This document shows, one piece after another, positions 1 through 11,829 of a stretch of DNA of 64,000 nucleotides. The DNA lies in the NCBI RefSeq assembly GCF_964355755.1, contig NC_092672.1, positions 13,516,001-13,580,000 of the forward strand, written 5' to 3'. The number at the start of each line of letters is the position of its first letter. Positions within the stretch are counted from its first letter, which is position 1. Below the pieces are notes generated by a model that worked only from the letters and a program-made list of their open reading frames with translations, searched no databases and was not told where the DNA came from. A program made the position numbers and the translations under genes. The stretch is from Antedon mediterranea. Taxonomy: Eukaryota; Animalia; Echinodermata.

Positions 1-48
1 AAGCTTCAAGTGTAAATAATTGTTAATATGTGAATGTCTCTGGCAAAA

Positions 49-2676
49 TTAATGTTTAAAGGATCTAAATTGTACATTTATGCCGGTAGGGGCAAGAGTG
101 CCAAGCTTTACAATTATTCTTTCTTCTATAATTCTACGAGATGTCTCAGAACCATTACATATTTTAACACCAGAAATAGTAATATCCGAAAGGGAATGCT
201 CATTATTACAAAAATGGGTGGCTGCGTTTAGTTTCACCAATATAAAGCATATTACATTTAGTACACGAAATACAATAAACTAGATTTCTAGTGGTGCACG
301 TAATACGATCTGTGATAACATAATTACCAGAAGGTCCTACTATTTGGTTTGAACATGAAACGTAATTACATGTCGAACACATGCTTTGATCACGTCTGTA
401 AGCTATCATGGGTGGTTCTTGAAAAATATCTTTTGTAGCGGATTTATCTTCAGTCAAAATTGAAAAGTTATCGCGGACAATGTTAATAACCTTCTTATTC
501 ATAGGATGATACGTGAGGACTAGAGGTATGCGGTCACAAGCATTTGTATTATGTGTAGGTTGCAATGTGTCCTCGTGCGTTAACTGGCAAACTTTTCTTA
601 GAGATTTCACAGTAATGTCAGATGGATATTCGCGTGCATTGAAAAAATCGATCATCTCAGATCTAACAAGTCTAACAAGTTGCGAATACGGTATAGCATT
701 CTTACAAGCTGGAGGATGCAAAGAGTTGTAATTTAGATAAGTGTGCGCGTCAGTATCTTTGTAGTGGACGGATGTAGAAAGACCAGGTTTATCAATAGAT
801 AAACTAATATCAAGGAAAGGCACACACTTGTCAGAAATTTCATGAGTAAACTTTATAGCAGGATGAAAATTGTTCACAAAGTTAATGAACTCATTAAGTT
901 CATCTAAAGTTCCCGACATAACACCAACACAATCATCAATATACCGTTTGAATAAATCTGGTTTCTTTCTCTTATAATCTCGTAACACATTCTGCTCAAA
1001 ATACCCCATAAAGAGGCAAGCAAAGTTAGGTCCCATTTTTGTACCTATGCTTATCCCAGAAACTTGCCGAAAAAAATTTCCATTGAAGTTGAAGGCTGTA
1101 GTATTAAGTACAAGTTCAGCGAGACGCAGTATTGTCGATGCGGGATATTTAATTGAATTATCTAGTTCAATAAAATGTCTCATTGCGCTAAGTCCATCTT
1201 GAATAGGAATTGATGTGTATAAGGCCGTAACATCCATTGTAAAAAGATAAGCACTCTCAGATGAAAATGTATAATCTTTAAACAAAACTACAGCTTCTTT
1301 GCTATCTTTGATGTAGGTTGGCAGATTTTGTACAATTGGCTTCAAGATTCCATCCAAGAACTCGCTAATAACAACTGTAGGCGCGTTACAAGCGGAAACA
1401 ATAGGTCTACCAAGACTGTTAGTCTTGTGTATTTTAGGTAACATGTAAAAGCTAGGACAAGTGGCGTCAGAATTAATCAATATATGGGCTGTAGAAGGAA
1501 GCTCTTTCTTCTTAATCATACTATTTAAAGTCTTCTTAACAATACCAATATCAGAATCAGTAGGATCGGCATCAAGTGGCTGATATACGTCAAGATTAGA
1601 AAGTTGTCTTTCTCCCTCTGTAATATATAGGTCCCTTCTCCAAACCACAGTAGCACCACCTTTATCTGCTCGTTTAATAACGTAGTCATGATTACCTTTA
1701 AGCGATCTAATGGCAGCTTGCTTTCCTTTTGACAAATTACAAATATTCTTTGGTTGTTTTAACTTAAGCTTGTTAATCTCTCGTTTGCAAGTATTGACAT
1801 ACAGATCAAGTTCAGCGAACATACCTTGTGGCGGTGTCCAGCTAGATGGCTTCTTATTCAGCAACTGGAATTCATCTTTTGTTGTTACATTTGTCTGATT
1901 CTTGCCGTGAAAGTTTGCTTTGAGTCGTAAACGTCTGTAATATTGATCCATGTCTTGTTTAAGCTGGAAATCATCAATCTCTTTCCTTATAGGAATAAAA
2001 GATAGACCCTTAGAAAGAACAGAGCGTTCTTCATCTTTAAGAGGCAAATCATCAGGTATAGTCACAACTAGTTTAGACGTATCAGGGTGTGCTCTCGTTG
2101 GTCCTACCCATCAATGGAATACTCTCTACAAACACGATTAGCTTTAAGTAATTTAGCTTCTGTCAATGACTTGTAATACCATTTGTTTAATCCATGGACG
2201 ATACTTCGTATTTTCTCAAATTCGTAGTTGGTACAAGCTGCTCGTAGGTTGGTCTTATGATGTACCATTTGTTCATCATGATACGCAACTTTCTTTAAGT
2301 TCATCTGAATGCTCATACGCATAAAACGTCTGGAAACAGATATGAACTTCTTATCAACATAAGCAAAGGACGGTGACCAGGTAGATCTAAATGACTTGGG
2401 TATGACGTTCCGTCTTAGACATGTGGACAGAAAATAAACATTACTAGAACATCTTGCCTTACTGAACGTTGAGGTTCCAAAGCAAAAACCAAATGTCCTC
2501 ACACATGAAGAATACAGGCTTAAGTCGTTGTTGAGAATCCGACGCGCTTGTTGTAAAACTTGCTTGGAATTGGCCATACTTGGAAAAAGTTTGAATGCAA
2601 TATATTCCTCAGTTGAAATTCTAACTGAAGAAATTCTAATTAGGCCTTTTTTGGGCCTACCTTCAGCGCCTACCAT
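49..2676 (-). mobile_element. Penelope-like retroelement (RT + C-terminal GIY-YIG endonuclease), defective; 3' end runs off the window
   Basis: ORF 206-2065 has PLE RT motifs (ADKGG, LPKIHK, RPIVS, MDVTALYT, KRYIDD) and GIY-YIG 'NLVYCISCTKC..YIGETKR'. The endonuclease tail continues in ORF 49-240 (HF..EH...LGTLAPTGIN). The N-terminal 'FLSTC...IPK' lies in ORF 2104-2676. Frameshifts and small deletions are present. Confidence 0.93.
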
Positions 2677-3308
2677 GTAGAGGTAGGTAGATGTACTGGG
2701 TTCTTTATATGTGGTTGCGACCCCTTACCCTTAACCGTTTGAGCCACTCAACTTGCCTTATATAGGAACTTACTTATTTTTAATTTTACATAACACTCAA
2801 CAAAAATATAGTAAGTTTTGTTGGTAGTGCCCAATGTTACTACAGCTGTGGAGAAGATTATTCTGTTTCATAATCGTAAGATAATGTCGCCACTAGTTGA
2901 AAAAGACTCCAACTATCGTACAAAGCTCAGCCATGTCTATTAATAAAATGATAGTTTGTTTTCAATATAAATCTAGAATGCTTAGAACATTTTTTTTAAC
3001 ACTATCATGTCATTTTGAACACATACCTGTAGGCTTATCTAATTAACAATAACACAATTGATTAATTGATTGTATTACATCTAAAAATGATGATCATGTT
3101 TTTTATACACACCTGTACTGTCAGTTCCTTCATTTTCACCAGATTCTTCGGGGGAAACTTTGGAGGCATTCTCTAAAACATAAACATGGTTGACCTCATT
3201 AAAACTGTGGCATCAATGGAAAAACCAATAATTCCTGATACAACAAAGCTTCTAATAAGATATAATTCTTTGATAGTTTTTTAAGAGTGAGTTACTACTG
3301 TTAACCTT

Positions 3309-3392
3309 GCCAAAATAGCAATGAAAAAGTTTGAACCCAAAATAGCAATGAAAAAGTTTGAATCCAAAATAGCACTGAAAAATAGTTTGACA
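3309..3392. repeat. 27-bp tandem repeat x3 (ccaaaatagcaatgaaaaagtttgaa)
   Basis: Direct reading; intronic. Confidence 0.8.
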
Positions 3393-4976
3393 TCCCCATA
3401 GACAAAATTTGACAAGAGATTGTTAATTAATGGAAATGAAGCTATGTAAAAAAAAAAATTACTTATAAATCAATTTTTAATAATATTTTAAGCAATTTAT
3501 TATTAACCATCACATGCTCGCCAAGATTTTTTGTTTACATTTTTAAATTTTTATCCAATAACTTTTGAATGGTCATATCATGATTTTATACACACCTGTA
3601 TCATGAATATCTTCTCTATCAATCACCAAATTCATTTCGTCAGGCTCCTCTTGCATAGGGGCATTCTCTAAAACATTACCAAAATTGTATTGCCTTATTA
3701 AAACTCCTAAAGGTCAGGTGCAGGAAAAGTTTGTTTTGGCATTCCTTATAGTGTTTAGTTAATAATAACAAGTGTGTTCATCTGTGTTTGGAAATTTTTA
3801 TGTTTTTTTTTTGGTGTGAGTAATCTTTTGGAAAATAGTTTAAATCCTTATTCTTTTAGGCATTTTAAATAAATTGTAAAAATCAACGGTCATGGAATAA
3901 AAAATATTTAAAAAAATAATATTCTGGTATCTTTATTTAGTGTAAAGTAGCCTTTTTTGCATGGTTGCCAGAAAGTCCCACTTGCCAAGTTAAAACAATA
4001 GGAATTAAATCTAACAGTATTTTTTCAATAAGCTAAATAAGTATGTAAACATTCCCAAATATAGATGAATGAATGAATATAGAAAATGTTTGCCAACACC
4101 TGGCCTTTAATAAAAAAAAATTAGGATGATTAATACTTTCACAACCGTGTCTGAGACATGTCATGTCCTGTTCTAAGCGTGAAAAGACTTATTGTGTTAA
4201 ATCTAAAAATCATGTTTTAATACACACCTGTATCGTTATTATCATCTCCTAGGGCATTATTCATCGACTCCGACTCTTCTTGAATAGGTAAATTCACTAA
4301 AACAAAACAAAAATGGGTTACCTTATTAAAACTCTAGTTCATGCTATTCTAGGCATATTTATTTTAACTATAATCAGACTTTCTGGTAAACAATGCCATT
4401 GTATAACTAGCACTATAACACTGTTGTCTCTTGCTATAATCATTGTACTTAAGATTGTTAAGATGTATGAGATAAATACACCTCCCTCATTAAGACAGAC
4501 TGTAGTATGAATGAATGAATGCGATCTGGTGGTGGATCCAATGTCAGTCATCTTTCTGTAAATAAATGAATTAGTTATTTATATTTGATCAAATATAAGT
4601 GTTTTATACTAACTTGAAAAAGTAATCATCTCAGATTTCTTGAGAATTTGTTGCAGACTCTCGATTCCATAGGATGATGGGTTTTTGAATGTCATTCCTT
4701 CTGGAAGATCCGTAATTGTCCACTTTCCTTTCTCAATTTCCTTATATGGGACCTGGGCCCTACCAGTCACTGAACCTGTTGCAGAACAAAAATAACCAAC
4801 ACATCATAATTATAATAAAGTCCGAAAAAACTTCATTTGCTTTTTTTCATTTGTTGTAGATAATTTTATATATGTATCTTATAATTACTACAAAATCTTC
4901 CATATTGATTATATTTCAGTATGGCAACTGATGATCAATAAGGTATTTGCGAGAGAGACTGAGATGTGACAATGTC

Positions 4977-5285
4977 AATACAATACAATACAATACAAAT
5001 CTTTCTTTATTCTGGAATAGCTCTTTCAATACACAAGTACTGGTCTCCCAAGAGGTCCAGATTTGGAAAAAAATACAAGAAAAATAAAAGTAAAAGCAAT
5101 ATTAAAACTATGTACAATAGAAGTTATACAAGATGTTTAAATTCAACTTGACTAAATGTCTCATAATTTTTACGGATATGTACAGGAAGATTATTCCATA
5201 AGGTGGTTTTTATACACACAAAGGAAAAAAATACTTTTTGGTAAAATCTACACAAAATGCAAAATTAAAATTATTAACATGTTAA
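4977..5285 (-). mobile_element. 5'-truncated LINE 3' fragment (L2/Crack-like) in an intron
   Basis: Minus-strand 'TLWNNLPVHIRK', typical of a LINE ORF2 C-terminus, followed by a 3'UTR and an (attgt)n tail. Confidence 0.6.
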
Positions 5286-7185
5286 TTTAGAGTATGGTAT
5301 ATGAGTATATATACTTACAGAATTTATTGTTAAATAGAGACTGCACCTCTTTCCTCAATACACTCCTTCCTTTTGTTTCTGTGTTCATAAGTGGTGTGGA
5401 CATTTGTTTGGAAAAATCCAGCAAAAAGTTGGTGTTCTCCAAAAACGTCACTCCTTTGGTCGATCCAATGCCAGTCATCTTTCCGTTTGATTTAGCAATG
5501 CACACACAGCTTTCATAGCCCAGATTTTCTAGATCCTCTACCTGTTAAATATGGAGCTACCATAAACATTTCTAACGGTAGACACTCTGGGGACAAATAT
5601 GCATGACTATTGTTTGAAATCAAATTTCAATGATATTCTTTCAATTTGTTCATTGACTTTGTGTTTCTACTGAAATGTGTACTGTAGCCTCTTGTAATCA
5701 TAATAAATTTACTTTGCATAAACCAGATTTATAAAAATATAATCTCGGTCAATGAAGTTTTCTAGGTACAGAAAGCCAAAGCTATGGTATATTAAGTTGG
5801 AAACAATGTTTCGATGAGACCTAAATATGATGAAATATCATTAAAATACTGTACATACTCTTTGAGAAATCTCCTTCAGCTTTTGTTTGAATAACATATC
5901 ACTCTGCCTCTCTGTTGGTGGTTTGTTCGACTCCTCCACTGCCTTTTCTGTGTAATATGTATGCGCCATTCTATTGGCTTTGGTCTCCAACCACTTAGCT
6001 GGTATCGATCTAGCAGCCTCCTTATATGTGGACCCCTTGCTCATTTCTTATTAATTACAATTTTAAAATATACATTGTTCTAATGTTCATTGATAATATT
6101 TCAATATGCATTTTTGGGATAAACGCACAAAACATCACATACTGCACACAATTATAATTTAAACAAACAGTAGAGAATCTGAATCTGATATAATCACAAT
6201 ATCTGTAGACTAATCAGTTGAGATTTTGAAGACTAATGGCTTACATAAATTGACCCAATACTATGTCATGGGGGATTACTGACATACCAATGTTCTGGCA
6301 TAAAGGTTAAATTCTTACCTGATTTAATATGTTCAGATGAGAACATGTTGTATGCTGTTGCCTTTTTCTTTCTACATTTTGTCACATTACTTGCATACCT
6401 CCTTCCTAGCATCTTTCTGCGGTAATTACCAATCCAATCCTGTGAAAATAATTGTTACAGTGAAAAGAACTGGTACAGTAGTACAATTTTTTTTTATTTT
6501 TACGTATTCATATTATTTATATAATATTCTTTATTATAAATGACATTCGCAGTGAAACACTAAATTGCAGAAATGTACGATGGCACTTTTTATTTATATT
6601 TAGTATTTTAAACGTTATAAAACATTACAATCGTACTACAGTAGATCGATTATGACAACAATTATGTTTGTTTATTTAATGTTTCTAATAAGCTGTACTC
6701 ATTATTTTCTCCATTCTGTACTTTATCCCTCCATGCCTATACTGTAAACTACAATTCAGTGAATCTGACACTAATCATTGTCACCATCATCATTAGTCCA
6801 TCAACGTTGGGTAGGTATGGCTTTAAAAATATATTTTAGGCTTCCGCTCAATAATTATTATGAAAATAGAAGAATAATACTGGCTATTACCTTAATCCTT
6901 GTTGTATCCATGCCTGTTTCAATGGCTTCTTCCTCTAGAAGTTGTTTCTTTTTCTCATCGCTTACAGCGAATCCTGTCATACCTCTTTCCCAGTATGACA
7001 CGAGGATACCTTGAATGTCAGCTGGTATGGCATTCCTTTAAAACTAAAAATTAAACATAGATACAGTAAAGTACAGAGTGAACACTGGGTGGGTACTGTA
7101 GATTGCCATTCAAAATGTATTAGCAAATAACAACTAGACCCTAGGCCTATCCTACTAGCGGCGGCACTACTTCCGAAATAAAACC

Positions 7186-7396
7186 GTGGGCGACTTTGCG
7201 ATGGGGCGACTTTGCGTTGGGGCGACTTTGCGTTGGGGCGACTTTGCGTTGGGGCGACTTTGCGTTGGGACGACTTTGTAATGGGGCGACTGTGCCGGGG
7301 CAACTTTGTTTTGGGGCGACTTTGCGATGGGGCGACTTTGTATTGGGCGACTTTGTATGGGGCGACTTTGCGATGGGGCGACTTGACTGGATCCCC
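7186..7396. repeat. Array of ~15-18-bp units (ggggcgactttgcgtt); tandem-repeat TIR of a foldback/MuDR-like DNA transposon
   Basis: About 12 copies of ggggcgac, ending in 'gacttgactggatcc'. Confidence 0.7.
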
Positions 7397-7408
7397 CATG
7401 ATGCCTGA

Positions 7409-7633
7409 TGGGTACGACGAGTTGGCAGCCATTGGTACGGGTTGACCCGTATTCTAGGGTGCTGGTCAACCCGTACCCAAACCAACCCGTATGTAATATA
7501 AATATACTTTTAATAGCATTAAACATGGGTACAGGCCAGCCCATGATGAGTACGAGCCAGCCCATGATGGGCACGAGTGGGCCAACACTTTGGGTATGAG
7601 TAAACCAAAATTTGGGTACGTTGGCCTGTATCC
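7409..7633. mobile_element. Internally deleted relative of the 8826-11260 element (gggtacg subterminal repeats)
   Basis: 7469-7492 matches 8826-8848, and 7497-7590 matches 11171-11260. Confidence 0.6.
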
Positions 7634-9476
7634 TAATCTTACTAGGCCTAGAGTAGAGTAGGTCTATGCTATACCCAGACCGGTTACAATAATGGTCTAT
7701 TCATTCTGTTTATACTGTAGCTTTATTGATAGCTGGGTTGGGGCGGCTTTTTCTCATTCTAAAACAGATTTCCTTATCATAATAAAATAATATATGAATT
7801 TAAATGTAATATTGTATACATAATATTAGTAATTGCCATTGCATTTATTATTATTATATATTATACGGTTACCCCTTAATTATACTATAGTATAATTTCC
7901 TTGTTATATTTTACAATATTTTCTTCATAGTTCAACAATTTTTTCTTTCACAGGACAAATTATCATACTGAATCATCACACACACCAAGTCTCATAAATC
8001 TGTACTGTATTTCTCCAAGGTACTCCAGCTACATGGTACTGCCTTGAGGCTAAACTACAGTAAATGATATACTGGCACTACCATCATTTCTGGCCCGTCA
8101 ACTTGGACCACATTACAGTATGGTCCAACACATAAGTACAGTAGTCGTACTACTGATTCAAAACAGTGAATTACACCCTGTGGTCAAGGCTTTATTTGCT
8201 CTTATGCTTATTTCCTCCAAATACAGAGTACGTAGGGCTTCCAATTTGCTTTTATACCTGTTAATTTAAAAATCGTTTATGCCTATTGTTGCATAAAGTA
8301 TCAAATTTAGACTGTAAATACTGGGATGATCACCCTAAATTTTCTTTTTCAATTAACAATTTTATATTTCACAGCTGAAAAATGCACTAAAGCATCATAT
8401 AGAGATTTTTTATTCATAACTGTTAAATTGCATCCCAATACATGGTACCTATTGGTATTATATCTAAAAATACAAAGGCGGCCAACACAGATAGTTTGAT
8501 ATATACAGTACTCTCTTATAAATAGATGTATCTCTCCAAACTACTCCAACTACCTAATTAGCATACTACTGTACACTTTAAATTCATAATAATATTTAAT
8601 AAAAAAATGTCCTGGTGATGGACCTTGTAAATATTTGAACTGAAAATATAGTACGCCTAGGGCTACTTTTTACTAATAAATGTAGGATACTAAATACTAG
8701 GCCTAGGCCCTAGAAATATTTTCCTAGGCTAGTAGTAGGCCTAGGTAGGACGTACCAATCCCACCCAAAAGGCCTACTACTACTACTACTACTATTATTT
8801 TAGTACTATACAGCTACTACTACTACCCGTACCCAAACCAACCCATACCCATGCCAACTCGTACCCAACTTGGCTAACCCGTACCCAAATAATTGGTCAA
8901 CTCGTACCCACTTTGGCTAACCCGTACCCAAACCAACTCGTACCCATGCCAACTCGTACCTAAATATTTGGCTTACTCGTACCCAAGTATTTGGCTTACT
9001 CGTACCCATTATTTGGCTTACTCGTACCCATTTTTGGCTTACTCGTACCCATTATTTGGACTACTCGTACCCAATTTGAATAATTAGGCCTACTTGTAAT
9101 GATTTGATCGGCGCAAAACTAGTGGTATGCTTTTGACGTATGAATATTTTTATATTTAAATTGTTTTTTTTTTATTTTACAGGTCTCGGTGAAATGTGTG
9201 CTAATAAAAATGACCATTGATTTGATTGTAAACTTCGTTTAATTAGGCATATATTTGTTAACATTTATTTAAATGTAGTATTATAGTTTAATAAACGTAT
9301 GTTTGATGTGTCTTTTTATTTATTTACGTAAGAACATTAATTAATAAAAACATATTTTTACTGTTGTATAGTATTACAATTCAATTAAGCCCAGGTAAAG
9401 TACCAACAACGTATCATTTTTATACTTATCAATTTTTATTCTTATCACCTAATTATCTTCCCTGATTACATTCGAT

Positions 9477-9496
9477 CATGGAGGTATACCTCCATG
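9477..9496. mobile_element. P-element-type excision footprint
   Basis: Perfect palindrome catggaggtatacctccatg flanked by the 7-bp direct repeat attcgat. Confidence 0.65.
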
Positions 9497-9581
9497 ATTC
9501 GATCAAGTAATATTGTTTCTATTGTATTGGTATATTTAAAATTGGTTGAATTAACGACGCCCTGTTTTAATCAAAAAGCCC

Positions 9582-10150
9582 ACAGGGCTATGGGGTCGAA
9601 TTACTCGTAGATTTCGTGTTACATGTTTTTGCTGACCGGGATTAACCTTTTATTATAAAAAAACACGCATTTATAGGGCGTCAAAGAGATGACTTATTAA
9701 TGACGTATATGATCGTTTTCCATATTATTTTATTTATTAATAATTCAGTGAAATGATCATATACACGTACTGTAAGGCCTGCAGGGCTATGGGGCGTAGA
9801 TTTCGTGTTACGTGTTTTTGCTGACCGGGATTAACCTTTTATTACAAAAAAACACGCATTTATAGGGCGTCACAAAGAGACGACTCAGTAATGGCGTATG
9901 ATCGTTTTCCATATATTTTATTTATTAATAATTCAGTGAAATGATCATATACACGTACTGTAAGGCCTGCAGGGCTATGGGGCGTAGATTTCGTGTTACG
10001 TGTTTTTGCTGACCGGGATTAACCTTTTATTACAAAAAAAACACGCATTTATAGGGCGTCAAAGAGACGACTCAGTAATGACGTATGATCGTTTTCCATA
10101 TATTTTATTTATTAATAATTCAGTGAAATGATCATATACACGTATTTTAA
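9582..10150. repeat. ~188-bp tandem repeat x3, plus a degraded partial copy near 10290
   Basis: Units begin 'cagggctatgggg' at about 9583, 9782 and 9970. Confidence 0.9.
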
Positions 10151-11829
10151 GGCAATTAAACATTTTTGGTACGCAATTTGGCGTACGATCGTTTTCTTTT
10201 TTTTTTTTCTTAAATAATTCAGTAAAATTATCTGTTTGTTTAGGCCTACAGCAATTAAACATTTTTGGTAGATGTTTCCTCAATAACAGCTACGTGTTTT
10301 TGCTGACGAGGGATTCCCTTTTTAAAAAAATACGCATTCTATAATATTCTACAAATAAATGACCCACACTCGTTTTTCCATGGCAACGGATGTCGTCTTA
10401 TTTACTAAAATAATATAAACGTTCTGAAGGCCTACCTACACGTGTCTGTGTACATATGTATCTGTCAGCGATAAGATGATTTTTTTTTAGTTTTAGTAGT
10501 ATTTTATTTCGGTTTTTAGTCATAATAATACAGTAATAATCATTATAAAATGAAAACGTAATAACAGCAAATGTCGTCGTTTGTAATTAAATGTTAAATT
10601 ATTGGAGGTTACCTTTTATTATTATTCTCACATCCATCATGTCCTAGGGAATTTGTTTTAAAAACGGCAATAATCTACTTAGATTCATTATTCAAAAATG
10701 GTCCTTATAGTAGCAGCAAAAATGAGGCTGGTATCCACTTAAATAGTTTCGTGATTTTAAAATATGAGTGACTACTTAAAAATGTATTAAATATTTTCGA
10801 AATGTTAAAACAAAACTTGCAAACAAAACAACAACCATTTTTAAAACGATTTTCAAAAAGCACATTAGGCCTACTTCATTATCTGTAAAATAAAATTAAA
10901 AGTGTGTACAGGCTATTCGTAGTAAATAATAGATCAATAACAATTCATAAATGAAAAAAATAGAATGCAGCACAGCCGACCACTGACATCTTCCATGTAA
11001 AACAGCGCCCTCAAGTATTAATTTAACTACGACCCAAATACGATGAAAGCTGTGCTTTTTTCGTACGAGTCTGTACATAAATTATACTTAGGTAAATAGT
11101 TTTTGCCATTATAATATCGAACATATGACCTAAAAATGTAATAAAACTGGGTTTAACTGTAATAGGCCTATATAAATATACTTTAAATAGCATTAAACTT
11201 GGGTACGGGCCAGCCAATGATGGGTACGGGTTAGCCAATGATGGGTACGGGTGAGCCAAAACCGAAAAGCTAAATCAAAACGATAAAGTAAAACAGCTAG
11301 AAAAGTTAGCAGAGCTTTCGGGCAACACTAGCATATATGCATATATATATAAATATATCTAAAGTTGTGAAAAATATTTTTATAAATGTATATAAAGTAC
11401 AATCTGAAGATTTCTATTAGTCATCCTTGACATAGAGGAGAAAGATTGTTCATTAAAAAAAAAAAGTAAAAACACAATATCACAAATCTAGGTTTTAAAG
11501 CTGAGGTACAGGCATGAATTTGAAATATAATATCTGGTTAATTGTACATAAATCAAATATTTTGTAACAGAAATCAAAACGAAAAAATGTGAAAGTATTC
11601 AACTTAGAAAAGTAGGCTGTCAAAATGTGTGTGTACACATCTCTATTTTTATTGTTGCACACAATTTTAGAAAAAGTGTGGGAATATACAGTTATTGTCT
11701 TCCTGTTATAAAACAAATTATCTGGTCTGGTCTAATGCTGAGCTAAATGTTTATGTACTATAGTAATCTAGCTAAAAATTGTCAAGACATCCAACCCACT
11801 GTACAGAAGGTTATTTAAATGTTATTCAT

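Larger units (their letters stand above)
3113..7045 (-). pseudogene. Multi-exon gene: homeodomain-like N-terminus, GTF2I (TFII-I)-like repeat, acidic micro-exons; probably degraded
   Basis: Manual splicing at GT-AG sites. 6891-7045 plus the exon starting 6439 give 'ILVSYWERGM..ETGMDTTRIK|DWIGNYRRK'. 5319-5541 plus 4614-4775 give 'LRKEVQSLFNNKFCSVTGRAQVPYKEI..ITDLPEGMTFKNPSSYGIESLQQILKKSEMITF'. Further exons at about 5857-6045, 4487-4555, 4229-4297, 3597-3668 and 3113-3172. Confidence 0.7.
8826..11260. mobile_element. Non-autonomous foldback-like DNA transposon with tandem-repeat inverted ends
   Basis: Left array of (a/t)actcgtaccca at 8826-9075 and inverted tgggtacggg array at 11200-11260. 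Outer termini and TSD were not resolved. Confidence 0.55.

Noticed and set aside
2585-2635. Hammerhead ribozyme at the Penelope 5' end (minus strand ctgagga...tcaaac)
   Set aside because: The conserved GAAA is absent and stems could not be formed convincingly.
6977-7599. Overlapping repetitive ORFs (KVAP/QSRP/AKSP)
   Set aside because: Artefacts of an ~18-bp DNA tandem array that is open in several frames on both strands.
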